Positions 28,181 to 40,500 of a stretch of 64,000 bases of DNA are shown here, one piece after another; the first letter of the stretch is position 1; each line of letters begins with the position of its first letter. The notes under the pieces were generated by a model, which saw only the letters and a program-made list of their open reading frames with translations, was not told the DNA's origin and did no database searches. A program made the translations under genes and the position numbers. Source of the stretch: Lingula anatina (taxonomy: Eukaryota > Animalia > Brachiopoda); assembly GCA_051362555.1 (NCBI GenBank), contig CM120642.1, positions 5,022,001-5,086,000 of the forward strand, given 5' to 3'.

Positions 28181-31100
28181 CTCTTTCAGTTCTTCAGACC
28201 AATATTCTAAAATGGATGTTGTTTCTAGTTACAACTATTATTAAGATATTGTCTTATTCATCTTCTTCTTCTCAGAATGTTTTGGGCAACTATTATGAGA
28301 AGATTTTATATCTCTCAAGTGGTATTTAGTGAATCTCTGTTTGTTACTTATGCCTACTGTATGGCAGTGCATATAGCTGAAAGGGTCTTCCAACACACTT
28401 GTAGGATCACAAGCTTTTCTTTTTTCTACTCAATGCTAGGAGGAGGCGTATTAATCTGTTAACTGATTGAATTCAGCTAGAGTCCCCAAAGAGTTGATCT
28501 GCAGATCAAATATGGCAACCCAATTAAAAAGCTTGCTGCTAAATTCCCAATTAGACACTGAATATTTTCCCTTCGGGGATTATGCAACAAGCATTCAAGT
28601 TGGTTGGCCATATTTGATCCTTGATTCTGTTAGTCTGCTGTTCTGAATGTGCTCTTAGTTTTTTTGTCATGTCTCTAGGAACTTGTGCTTACCATAATGT
28701 CAATTTGTATTGGATCTGAGGTGGGCTTCATGTCTTGGTTGAGATAAACCACTCGCATCTTTACTGTAAAAAAAGCAATGACAGTTTCCATGACCCAATG
28801 TGTTAATTTTTCACCTTTTACTTCCTTCAATATGTACATTTGAAAGACTATGATTTTATGTAGCATTTTGAAATCAAAGATCAATGTCTTGTGTTAAAAA
28901 CACCGTTCAGAAAAATTACCAAATGCAGCATCCCTTAAATACATGTACAATAAAGGGAAATTTAGTGCATGATACATGTGCTTCCCTGTGCAATTCACTT
29001 ATAAGATTGAAGATAGTATTCTGAGGAAAGAACTGAAAAAAGTGCATAAAACTTTGAAAAAATCACAGTAATTCCCCAAAAAATTGCTTAATACTTTATT
29101 TGTTACCCAGCATCAAAATGGAAAATAAGTTGGATAGATTAGACAAGAAATAATCAAATATAATTATTTTTAACAGAAAAAATCTGAAATAGACCAAATG
29201 CCACACCCCTTTAATATATGATAAAAGGAAGTATAGTACATGATACATGTGCTTCCCTGTGTAATTCACTTGTAAGATTGATGAAGATGGTATTCTGACT
29301 ATAGACAAGGGAACTCAGCAGTGTTATAAACTTCCATTAAACTGCTACAAAAAGCAATCTGGCCCAGATGCACTTAGCCTTTATGAAAAAATAATGACAG
29401 TCATTTTCTGAAGGTCTGAAATTCAAGGCATAGTAATCACATTATATAGTACTTTAGAAGGCATGTCTTATTGGAAATCTATGGCATTTTGGAACCAAGA
29501 GGCAATTTTAACATTGTTAGCAATGTTGCTTGCTTGTACAGTTGATTCCTCAGAAATTTTCCTTTACATGGCCTTTCTTGTAAATTTTTAACCATGTTTA
29601 AGAAACAATTCTGTGGATTTTTAGAAAAAAAACTTTCACTTTAATTTTGTAATTATATTGTTTAAACTGTGATTTTTACACTTATTTTGTGGACAATTTA
29701 TATCTGCACCCAAAGACCCAGCCTAAAGTGAAATAAGGGAGGGGAAGAGGAAGGAGATATCAATTGTCACACATACGGAACAATACATTCGTACCCAATG
29801 TTATTGATTAGTTCTCACTTCCAACATTACTGACCAAGGTCTCAGACAAGATTGAAACCTCTAAGATAGGCTTCAGAAAAAGTTGTGTAAAAATCTAAAC
29901 ATTTTAAAACTTGATGTTACCTTTACACTTTTACATCCTAGAAAATAAGACATTTACCTTCTTGCTTTGGTGTATAAATTGGTTTATCTGTCTGAATGAA
30001 AACATATCCAGTTCTTGGACTGACAAGCACTGGTATCTCCTTCTGAAATTGAATGCTGGGAGACTCGGATTTGGCCACAAGATACACATATCTCTTTGGT
30101 GCTGTGCTCATGGGAAGATCATTTGAATTCACTTTTATTGTTAGCTCTCCTGGTATTCCTGCAATCAAGGACAAACTAGTAGAAAGTAGTCTTTATATCA
30201 ATAACATCAGGAGACACTATAGTCTACTAGTACATGTATCCAGTATCTTCTAGTATGTTTCTTAAGATGCTCACTGTATAAAATAGATTCCTGGCTATAA
30301 TTCGGTTTTCCATTAAATTGGCTCAGGGTTTTGAATACTAGTAATGGCTTGTACAGTGCATACCATTTCATATATCTAAAAAAAATCTGGTTCAATCATT
30401 AAGTATGTTAATTTATATAAACTGATATGTAAACTTAACATGTTCAGACATGGACTATTGAAGACTTTAAATTGGCTTTTTAAAATAGCATCATCATTCA
30501 AGAAGCCATTTTCTGACTGGTCAGATGAAGCTGTGTCATACCATCTCTGAACATTCCTTCAGCAACAGAAAATGTTGTCCTGCGATCTGGATAGTCCTGC
30601 AGGTAAATCTTTACATTAACAGGTCCAAGAACATGTGACAGTGTGACTGACACGGTCTCTTCCACGCCCAGTCTAAATACATCTGGTGCTGCGATGAAGT
30701 AAGAGGGGCTGAAATATTAGTTATATAGTATTAGATATAGAACAGACCCCCCCCCCCCCCCTGTTGTATAGAAAAGATGTGGTTATGTTCAGTTTTTAAT
30801 GTTTAAATGTTCTTTGGTAATTAAAGCATATTTTTCTCTCACATCCACATGTTTATTTCACACACCTGCTCCTTGAAGATCTTTCAAAGAGAAATATCTG
30901 AATACAAGTAATGTAAATCTTGAAAGATTGATTTCAGTGCCAGGTTTGTACAAGTAAGATAGATCTCAACCTCTACCGTGTTGTAAAAAGTGAAAAAAAA
31001 AAATGACACAATAACAATATCCCCCCCCCCCCCCCCCACTTCCCCACTGACACACACACAGCTGCATGAGAATTAAGAAGTGAAACAAGCTGTGTCCACT

Positions 31101-31721
31101 TGGAGAAGGGTATATCAGGTCATGCTTATGTTTATTATCTAAAAACTAGGAAACATATTAATAACAACTCCAAAAGATACCACAATTCAATACAAAACCA
31201 ACACCTGGTGATTATAATCATAACCATGCATTAGAACTAACTTCTCAGCTGAAACATCTGCATCATGTACATAACATCAAATGTTGGCATTTTTTATCAT
31301 AGAAGTATAATTACTTTAACTAACCACTACCTAAAAAAAATGAAGTGTATTTTTTTGAAATAATTACTGTATGTGCCAATTGTCTATTTATTCTCAGATT
31401 GAGTTTTAAATTGCTAAATAATGATGTGGTTGGCACATATGTTGATGGTTTCTTGACCAGTATAGTCATCCTGATTTGACCTTATACTTGATTTAGGCAC
31501 CAAGAACATGTGTTGAACAAGTGTAAAATACATTATAACACTGAGATCTACAAAAATAGAAAACCCAACCAATGCCCTTGAATTTTGATGTTTAACAAAT
31601 TACATTTCTTGAACAGCATGTAAAATCCTAGTCAAAATAATATTTTGGGTTTTTTCAAATATAATAGCACATGGTGCCTTTAAAGAAGTCTTAAAAAGAT
31701 GCTGTGACTCAGAGTGTGCTA

Positions 31722-31770
<49 letters not shown>

Positions 31771-34476
31771 CAGTTTGCATTTGTCAAGGGTTTTGTGTTG
31801 AAAAAGGTGTTTTGAATATTTGCTATTGGCCTACAAACATACAACTACAGAGAACCGATGACAAGAATTTCAAATAAACATGCATGCAGTGATTAATAGT
31901 GTTATTTCCTTCTTTTTTTTTTTTTTTTTTTTTTTTTGGTTGATAAGAACATGTTTTTTTTTCATATTTGATATTGGACTTTAATGCTTTATTTTGCTAA
32001 GAAAATTGGCAATTTTTCATTGATTTGTCTGACATTTCAATTACTTGGAATAAGCAGGCTTACTTTATGATCCTTATATTATAAGCTTTTAGAAATGGCA
32101 AGAGTATGCCTGTTGGCTACAGATAAGATTGTACAATAGACTCAGTCTGAAACTCAGAACTGGATAGAAAATAACAGGCTATGCATATAAAAAGAATATC
32201 AAATTAACCACAGATTTTTTTTCCCAAATGAAAAAAATGACAACTTACTTCAGAATTTTTCAGAATATTCAAGAGAATGAGAAAAGCATGTCTACAGTTC
32301 TGCTTATCATTAAACTTTACCTCCCTTAATTGTTGGAGAAACAAGTACTAGTAAATAAAAAAATACCCTGCATTATAGTACAAATTTATAGTCGCTAGTG
32401 CTCTGTTTTGTACACAGCTTTGGCTGTTAATGCCTGACTTAAATCATCAGGGTAATTCTACTGTAATTTTGCAGTAAAATAATTGATTCGAGAATCTTCA
32501 CATTGACAACCATAAGATAAAACCAGAGTATATGAACTGCTCTTGGAGAACACAAGGCAAAAGAAGATTATTCATTGAATATCAAAAGAACCCTATTACA
32601 GTACTCTGCAGTGGGTCATAATGGTGGAATCTCAGAAATTTCTCAGACACTGCGATCCAGCTGGTGTGTTTTATTTCAATGCACAGTAGGAGCATGCTAT
32701 CTCCTAGGAGCAATCTCGAAAACCTTCCAGATATTCAATGAAGGTCTTGTTCTAACAGCATGGTAGGTTGATTCTTACGGTTATTACTATAGAGCATATA
32801 GAACTGCATATCTATCACCCTGAGTCTCATAATGCATAATTAGTCTTTGTTTCAAAATGACAAGATGTCCAAAAAAGTTTTCAGTAGGTAGACTGTCTAC
32901 CTAAGTGGCACATGTGTTTGAATACCGTCAGCACATAAAGGTATCAGACAAGAAAAAAAGTTGAGTGGGAGACTAAGAGAAAAAGAGAACGAATGATTGA
33001 GAAAATAGCCTACTGAACCCATACATATCTTGGACCTAAATATAGATTTAGGTCCAAGTACATATATATATTATCAGAGACCCTGGCAGTTGAACAATGC
33101 AACATGGGTTGAACATCAACATTGTCATGAGGTTTAGAAATAAAACATATCTATATTTCAAAGTTCAAACAGTGGACATTTTGTAGCCCTGTGTTAAGCA
33201 CAACTTATATATTAGATAAACCATCCATGAGGTGGTATAATAAGTCTGCTTATTTCATGCTTACTCTATGCCTGTAATCAAAAGAAACCCTGAATTTTAG
33301 AGCACTGAGGGTGACAGTCTTCTAAGCATACATTATCTGTCACTGTTTCTGTTTACTGAAACCCAGGGGGTCAAAAACCAAATCCCATCTCCTGTACCAA
33401 GAATCCTAACTTATCTATTGGTCACCCTGAATTCCAGGGTATAGAAGGGGACTCTAAACCTCTACCAAGGTCAGGGGCGGATACAGAGATATTTTCTGAC
33501 AGTCTTCCAAATTTACTATGTTGACCATCTTCCAACAGAAAAAATAGTTACCGTCAATGTAAACTTGAAAATCTGACTGTCTTCCGGGAGGACCTAGAAG
33601 ACGGTCTCAATCCACCCCTGAAGGTAACACTCCCTGTCACTTTGAGATTCAGGGTACTGACAATGCCTCTCCTGTTAACCAGGAAAATGTTCTCTGTCAC
33701 CCTGAATTTCAAAGTACTGGCGGTGAATCTAAGGCTCTCCATCAGTCTCAGTATTAATCAGTATAATTATTCCCTGAAACTCCAGGTGCTCTTGGTTGTA
33801 CTAGGGGTCTCAGACTGATGTAATTGATCTTGCCAGGTTCATCAGGTATGACTAATAGAACCCTAACATATACCCACTGGGTTAAGTCTGGATTTTAAGG
33901 GCAAACCAGGGATGAAAACATATCATTTACCTCATTTATATAAATTTATTTATATACATATGCTAGTTGGTGTAGTCTTTGAAGTTTTACAATACCATTT
34001 ATTTCCAAATAAGTTTTAATCAATGAATCTATAACCAGGCTTAATTATTACATCCTTCCCAGTTTATGGTGATGGCAGATACTTTTCTTTGTAACAGTTT
34101 GCATGTGAGTTGTTTATTTTATAAAGGAAAATTTCAGATTTCTGAGTGCTCTGAAACTTGCAGTAGTTTATAACCTTAGTGACAAGGATTGCATCCACAT
34201 TACACTGGAACATAAAACAGACTGCATAACTTTGGACACTTTGGGACCCAAAAATTTTTCAAGATACACCAAGATAAAAGTTAAGAAATATTCATATTAA
34301 TTGTTGGTTGAGATGTCAAAGAAAAAGATATATGAGATTTGTTTACAATAAATATCTATGATTTGTGATATAAAGTGGTGAATTACGTGTAGTCTGTGTA
34401 ATGTTACATTCACTTGCCTCTGTTGCCCTTGTACATAGCACCATCCTAGAACCAACAGCAGTATTTGTAGTAACAT
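4666..34476 (-). CDS. C3: Complement component C3-like thioester-containing protein, complete multi-exon gene (~1785 aa)
   Basis: Exons, 5'->3' on the - strand: 34418-34476, 30542-30708, 29958-30158, 28693-28763, 26635-26766, 26271-26313, 23075-23159, 22517-22619, 21967-22071, 21542-21673, 20945-21142, 20524-20634, 20214-20279, 19724-19918, 19433-19582, 19070-19144, 18750-18852, 18085-18270, 17494-17668, 16873-17101, 16292-16501, 15936-16017, 15574-15666, 14813-15001, 14394-14469, 13881-14037, 13622-13702, 13077-13245, 12131-12348, 11263-11421, 10675-10853, (9527-9595), 8004-8355, 7325-7399, 6932-7037, 6647-6736, 6035-6151, 5616-5699, 5295-5436, 4666-4789. All phases are compatible and the total is 5358 nt. 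Motifs: signal peptide, FIQTDKPIYTP, FEVKEYVLPTF, LLAVDKAVY, DLGCTPGGG, RKKR, ANATO, RSDFPESW, GCGEQ, STWLTAFV, STQDTVVAL, YDYY, C345C. ANATO plus C345C distinguishes C3 from A2M/CD109. Confidence 0.95.
4845..5011. mobile_element. Non-autonomous TIR element (hAT5-like MITE), copy 1
   Basis: Termini CGGGGGCAGAT...ATCCGCCCCTG. 5-bp direct repeat agttt on both flanks. Homologous to 33472-33620. Confidence 0.75.
5085..5161. repeat. (TA)n microsatellite
   Basis: Directly visible. Confidence 0.95.
8004..8355 (-). CDS. C3: C3 alpha/gamma insertion plus start of MG8 (A2M receptor-binding-like) domain
   Basis: Pro/Arg-rich insert with TRRRKS and VRRSR, followed by ACARYL...SGMTILEVGLYTGF. Confidence 0.88.
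9527..9595 (-). CDS. C3: Putative 69-nt phase 2-2 cassette exon of C3 (GPQGLTPADLPAVQPRRAELVFG)
   Basis: tttttccag acceptor, AAG|gtatgc donor, open and frame-preserving. It repeats the P.DLP.VQPR motif of the next exon. Confidence 0.6.
11457..11920. repeat. Local ~120-bp direct duplication flanking a small GGG...CCC insert
   Basis: caataccatgt...taagctac...tattccttatttaagatatctcagtgtgaagtaaagtca occurs at ~11457 and ~11792. The spacer contains gggttcattggtccaaa twice. Confidence 0.75.
14813..15001 (-). CDS. C3: C3 thioester exon (PKGCGEQTMIYMAP)
   Basis: Intact GCGEQ. The downstream exon 13881-14037 has VVHKEMT, matching human C3 VIHQEMIG (catalytic His1126/Glu1128). Confidence 0.95.
18085..18852 (-). 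CDS. C3: C3 beta/alpha processing site (RKKR) and anaphylatoxin (ANATO) domain exons
   Basis: HRKKRAIRRSR followed by CC..C..C..CC (RCCNLG...LTCYQR...NHCRATFFRCCK). Confidence 0.9.
23628..26150. repeat. Tandem duplication in C3 intron 6 (partial 23628-23845, full ~23950-24963 and ~24982-26150), each full unit containing a HINE-like element with ~159-bp internal repeats
   Basis: gagaacagtaa.tgacatggtttttcttaaatggtcatcatgggagcagtgcccaaaatag starts both units. The gcataact core recurs at 25608/25766/25925 and 24589/24748. (gcatcg/gcgacg)n microsatellite near 26065-26115. Confidence 0.85.
28503..28620. repeat. Imperfect inverted repeat (MITE-like remnant)
   Basis: gatcaaatatggcaacccaa ... ttggttggccatatttgatc. 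Confidence 0.55.
28967..29300. repeat. ~55-bp direct repeat pair
   Basis: catgatacatgtgcttccctgtg.aattcactt.taagattga at ~28968 and ~29238. Confidence 0.7.
31724..31766. repeat. (TG)n microsatellite
   Basis: Directly visible. Confidence 0.95.
33472..33620. mobile_element. Non-autonomous TIR element (hAT5-like MITE), copy 2
   Basis: Termini CAGGGGCGGAT...ATCCACCCCTG. 5-bp TSD aaggt. Shares gagatattttctgac, tcttccaacagaaaaaa and tgtaaacttgaaaatctg with copy 1. Confidence 0.8.
34418..34476 (-). CDS. C3: C3 exon 1: signal peptide MLLQILLLVLGWCYVQG-QQ
   Basis: ATG at 34476 followed by a hydrophobic core and a VQG cleavage motif. The exon ends AG|gcaagt, the only donor whose phase (2) matches the exon-2 acceptor at 30708. 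Confidence 0.82.
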
Positions 34477-37303
34477 CTTCAGTTTCTGAAAAACAATAAA
34501 TACTGTGCAAAATCAACCATAAATTCTGGAAATCAGAGGAAAAGAACTATTAACCTGCCAGCAGAAACATTCAGTCAAAATAAATTGCATAACAAGTGCT
34601 TTATGTGCACGCCCATTCTAAACAAACTGTAGTATGAAAAAGTAAGACTGCTAACACAGTACACACAAATATGTCCTGTTCACTTAAAATATGGTTTATC
34701 AGTCAATGACCTGTGCTGCTGAAATTTGGCTTTGTTTGATATTTTACATACTGGTTTAATTGCCTTTGCATTAGGAAGTCTCTAGATTGGCCTTAGAATA
34801 TATTACTTATGGCTGACGCATCAACACGGTGAAGCAAACAAGAATCAAAATCAAGCCAAATTTCCTGACGAACTATCAAAACAATGTGGTTTCTGGATGC
34901 ACCAAGTTACTGAGCACATCCTATGTAATCTCTTGTGTAATTGCCCCATTAGTCCCATTAAGATACATCTGTATCTCAGCAGTAACATGTGCTTTGGTTT
35001 TTTTTTTTTTTTTTTTTTTTCTTGAGAAGACATTATCCCAAGCCCCTACTTTTCTTGCCAACATTCACACCTTTTGCACACTTTAGAAGATTGATTAACT
35101 ATCAGTGTTTAAACTGACTCAGGGGCACCAGGGTGCAGCTTTACTTCTTGTCCACTAGCTATAGCCAAGGCTAAGTGGGCTTCTGCTCCAGTGAGAGCTT
35201 GTCAGAAACTTACTGAACGCAAAAGCCGATCAGAATTCTTTTTTATAAAAAAATTTTTTCTTTGCTTAATTTGGTGAGAGGCAAAAAAATTCTGCACTAT
35301 TACATTTTTGAATGTTGTTTTTGTCTATTTATTTATTTGTCAATTTAATTATTCATTTATTAAATTAATTTTTTATGTATTTCTTGTTAAAAAGATTTTC
35401 ATGCACTAAAAAACCTGTGAATAATATTCATTGCATGGCACCCTGAGTCTTTGTATACTGCCTGTGACTTTCCTCCACCAAGCAAATACTATGGCCATGA
35501 CATAGGAGTGTGGGAAAATCAGGGTGCATCTTAGCATCTGTGCATGGGCATGAGAGCTATTTCCAGTATTGCCAGTAAAGATCAAATCAGTCCCAGTTTG
35601 TTTTAGAGAACTGGGGTGGTCGGCGGCATTTCCTCCAACATTTTTATGTCTTTATTTAAGCATGTTCTCCAATAGGAAATGTCTACACCTGCTTTATTGC
35701 CACAATTTGTTATACCAGTACATTGTAGGACACATTTTCAGAAAAATACATTAAAAAATGTCATGTGCAAGTTTCATTTGGCATGTTCTTTCATTGTACA
35801 CAGTTCATTGAAGCAAGGAATTTTTAAACATTTTTCCTGCAAAAGGGGTATGTTTGGTATACTGCCTAAAGAGCATTTTGCTTTAACAACTACATGTTCA
35901 AAGCTTACAGAAGACAAATTGTAAAGTTCTATAGACATATTACTTACCACTCATTCAAAATACCTGATTTTGGCTGCAGTATCCTTTTCAAAAAAATCTT
36001 GATATAATTGTCTTTTATGAAGTATCCCTCTCTTTTGTACTGTCAACTTAAAAAATGCTACTCCACAAATAATCTCATGAACACAACTTTTTCATACAGC
36101 TGTTGAAACTGAATATCCCTTTTTTATTGTTTATATCCTTGTTCCAGTACTTCAGAATCTAATTATAACCACACACTAGATCAAACCAGATGTCCAAAGC
36201 TGCTCCGGTTCCTGGTTCAGGTCCTTATTAAATGTTGGTGGTTTCCTTTGTAAGCAGAACCATTATTCAATTGAGTTCTTGATAATGATGATATCCTGCT
36301 GTTAATTTCATATGCTCTCTATCTGCTTTTTTTTTTATCTTAGAACATACAGCAAAGATATGCTATACTTGACTTCTAATATCATGCCATCATCTTTGAG
36401 TGGCGCATGCCTATTACTGCTTTTGCTGAAATATCTTCACACTTTCACTTCATGCGCATTAAGTATAAATTGATTAAGGTTTCACTGTATCTAACAGGCT
36501 TATACCTACGCAAAAATAACCTGCCTTGGGGTCTGAGTCTTGATGGTAAGCACACACACCATGCGCCAGGAGGCAATCTGTTCTGATGGTGCTTTAAGTT
36601 TCAGCAGACTAAATTGACGTTTCTGTTTACATGATCCAACCCAACAAATGTCTCTGAACTGGTTTTGAGAAAAACATGTCATGTAGTTACAGCATATGAG
36701 GCATGTTAATTACATCATGTCAAGCCAGGTTCAAAGCACGGTCATGAAATCAACCATGATAACTTGAAATCAATATTAATATGGCCAAAGCTGAAATTAT
36801 CATAATGATAAAAAAATATATATATAAGCTCTGGAGCAGTGTTGAGTGTACTGTCCCCACTATGTACAGTATAACATGCACATTGAAAAGCTTAATTCTG
36901 CAAGCCATTAAAATGCCTTTATTTTTGTCCATGAGTGCATTCAGAACCAATTGATCCACACACTAACTAGTCCACAGATCACATATGGTACAACCCACTT
37001 GAAAGCATGCCAAGATTTAATTGCTATACAGATGGGACGTAGCGGGTGGAAGGCATTGGAATCCATTGTCGAGTGCACGTCATATTTGATCCTAGGACTG
37101 GTAGGTCCATGGATCAACTTATCGTTATGAATGTGGCTCATTTGGGCTTAATATCCAGATGTTCCAGAAAAGCTGCTAGGAAAACATATTAATATGGTAT
37201 TTAAATGCTCCATGTGGTGAAAGTGATCCTGCAAAGAAAACAGATTAAATTTGAATGCAATATATTGCAAAAGCATGAATGTGTTGTGAAGATGAGTTCT
37301 TAA

Positions 37304-37552
37304 GGCCCATTCCCTACAAAACTATTGTTCCACATAGATCAATCCAACTCTGTGGAATTGCTGTATGCAATCTTAACAGATCCACATGCCTCATCCTGGC
37401 ATTGAGTAGAATACAAAAAAAGATGGTGATCATATGACTATGTTGGAAACAAGAGGAGGCGTGCTGATCTATTAAACTGATTGCATTAAGTGAGAGTTCC
37501 CATGGAGATGGATCGATCTACGCAGAACGATAGCTTCATTTGGAATGGGACC
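37304..37552. mobile_element. Palindromic PIF/Harbinger-like MITE, copy 1
   Basis: Long imperfect inverted repeat GGCCCATTCC...GGAATGGGACC with TWA-type flanks. Homologous to 42689-42950. Confidence 0.65.
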
Positions 37553-40500
37553 TTAGGTTTGCAAAATTCAATGTTGCAAGGAGTCAAATAATGATCTACA
37601 TGTTTTGCTCATAATTATTTTCCCAAAAGCAAACAAAACAAAACAAAACAGCTTTTTACACTTAATAATTGAGATAAATATGCAGATATGTTATCCTTTT
37701 TTCATTCTGAATTCTTCCCAATTTTCATAACAGGTCTTAGGTGTTATCATGTACATGTGATCAGCTCTTGTGACAGATAGTATGGTAAATTTCACCTATC
37801 TTTTCAAATTAATTGTGATACATGCTCTACCTCTACAAAATTAATTAATAAATCAATTAATTAAATCAGTTAATTTATTTAAAAAAAGAAAAGGCAAAAT
37901 CATAAGAAAGAAAAGAATAATTTTTTCACTTCACCCTTCTTTTTTAATTCCTTTTCTTGGGGAATAAAGAAGTAAAATACCTATCCAAACCCACTCAACC
38001 TCTTTAAAAAATTAAGTTATTGATGCATAAATGGATTTTGGTTAGAAGCACAGAAACATCCTGCAATTTCCCCTGTAGTCACAAGCTATGACATCACATG
38101 GTTACACCTCCTGGGTACAGGCCAGTCCAGACTATCATAAATACTATTACAACCAGCTGGAGCTTAGAGGTCTGTAACCAAACACTGAAACAATGTAAAC
38201 TACTGGCAGGATTGGAATAATACAAAACCACATGTTGCTCAACCTTGAACAAGGAAGTGTATTTCTGCTCCACAAAGTGTATATTTTGGGTGGTGTTTTC
38301 CGGTAATCTATAAATTTTGGGTCTTGAATAGTTCCATCAATTCCTTTTCCTGTTGTACACTCCTTTTTATTTTACTAAATTTCAGGACAGAATTACTGCA
38401 CAGCAACAGAAAAATTTATCAACCTTAAAAAAGTGCCTAAACCATACCACTTGGTGATAAAAATAGTCAAGGTCAAAATTTTTTTGTAACCTAGTTACAC
38501 TGTCTCCAAGAGGATAAAAGATGCAAAAATGACTGGAAAACAGATGAAAAACCCATGCTCATGGGGGAGATTAAAAGAAAAGTAGATAACAGCTCTGACA
38601 CCAGCCGATCCCCAATGCCATTAGCGCCAGACAAAACCAATACCAATTATGCACGCCAAGCTGATTATCAATTTCTCTGTCAACTCCAGTAAATGTGTTA
38701 AGGATCAAATGCAGAATAATTGAATAACATATCCCATACGGCTCAGCAGAAATAATTGCTTCTATTATCACTTATTGGAGGATCTGAGAAAGATTTTAAG
38801 GATTGATTTAGGAAAATAATAAACACAGGGCATTATGAAAGCAGGGAATGAAAATAACAATATGTGATAACATTATCTGCATTGGCATTGTTGTGAAGAA
38901 TACCAAGAGGGTTACTGTGGTAATTATAAAGTGTTATTTTTTAGGTAACATAAGCCATACTTTCATGGGCATATGACATTCTGCTTTTTTTGGTTTTCAG
39001 ATTCTTAAAACTAGTTTTATGTTTTATGTTCCTCTTTAAAACAATCCCAGGTCACATCCAAACACAATCATCCCTGTGGCGACTTGTGCAAATCTTATTT
39101 TATGGATTATTCACGCTGAATCATTTTGTGACTCAAATGATTAAGGTAGAGTTAGATACTTGACTGTACACGCAACTGCTTGTCTATTTAAGAATAATAA
39201 ATAAATAGATGAACAAATGAACATAAATAAACAAAGTAAGAAAAATAAAATCAAAGAATAAATTTCTTTTCAAAAATCCTTCTGTAACTCTGCAATTCAA
39301 ATTTAAAACAGAAGAAGAAAAGCATGGAGAAGTAATGGTGTTAGTGTTTTCCTTCTTTGATACGTACTTGTTTCATTTAACTTTTTTAACTGCACTTCTG
39401 ATGTATAACTCATCCTTAACAAAGTCATCAAATTATGCATTCTTTATTGTTTGCAAAATATTATGACAGAACAGTCACTAACTTACCATGACCCTACCGA
39501 TTTTAATTGGCACACATCTTTGTACTCATATTTTAATAATAACAAACAAATTCTAAACAAGAAAATACATGTAATACTATTTAGAAATTCATATAGTCAA
39601 TTGCGTATCATTATGCTTCTGCTAAACTCTATCAAAATATCCTTTGTAGACATTCTGTTGCAAATAATGTTATTTCTACTCTGCTCAACTTGCAGTGATA
39701 GAAATTTTTTTACAATTTTCAAAGGTGCTTTATAAAATTTTAACTAAGAACAATATACATGTGAAAAGTTAAATTGCCCATACCAACTTTTCAACAACTT
39801 TCAGACTGTTGAGAAAATTTTTTCATAAAATTTTATACTAAATGATCAATATGTACAGGCAGCTTAAAAATTACATTTAAAATATTTTTAAAATAATTTT
39901 CAACACCTTGTTTAAAAATATTTGGGGAAAATTAGAAGACATCTTAAATAATAAACTTGTTATAAATATGTACATACTGCATTATTAAAATCACAATAGA
40001 CCCAATTAAAAAGTTAAATTAAATAATTATTTTTTTTATAAAATAATTATAAAAAATCAATGCAAAACTCTAACCATAAGGTTGCCATAGGAACCATCCC
40101 ATTCATTAGTATTTGTTTTCATATTAGTTACCTAAAATTTCCAGTTAAACTGGAATGTAAATAGCTCAATTAAAATCACACCTGAATTGGTGACAAAATT
40201 GATTGTAAAACCTCAAACCTTTGGTTTTCACTTTTTAAATATAAATTATAAGTATTATTACTATTATTATAAACAAAACAAATCTATAACCTGAATATAA
40301 AAGCAACACAGTGCATTATATGTTTTTGTTTTGTTAATTGTTAGTAAATTAATATTTTGACTTAAATAAGCCATATATTAAATATTATTTATTTGTTAGC
40401 AGTGGCATCTGACATCTAAAACTCAGAGGTTCAAATTGGCTGAAGATGGCAACAATCTTGTAGGAACCAAACAAAATCAGAAATTTTATTTCTGTTGCCA

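Noticed and set aside
4666-34476. Alpha-2-macroglobulin, CD109, insect-type TEP or C5 identity
   Set aside because: ANATO plus C345C exclude A2M/CD109/iTEP; the intact thioester with catalytic His excludes a C5-like protein.
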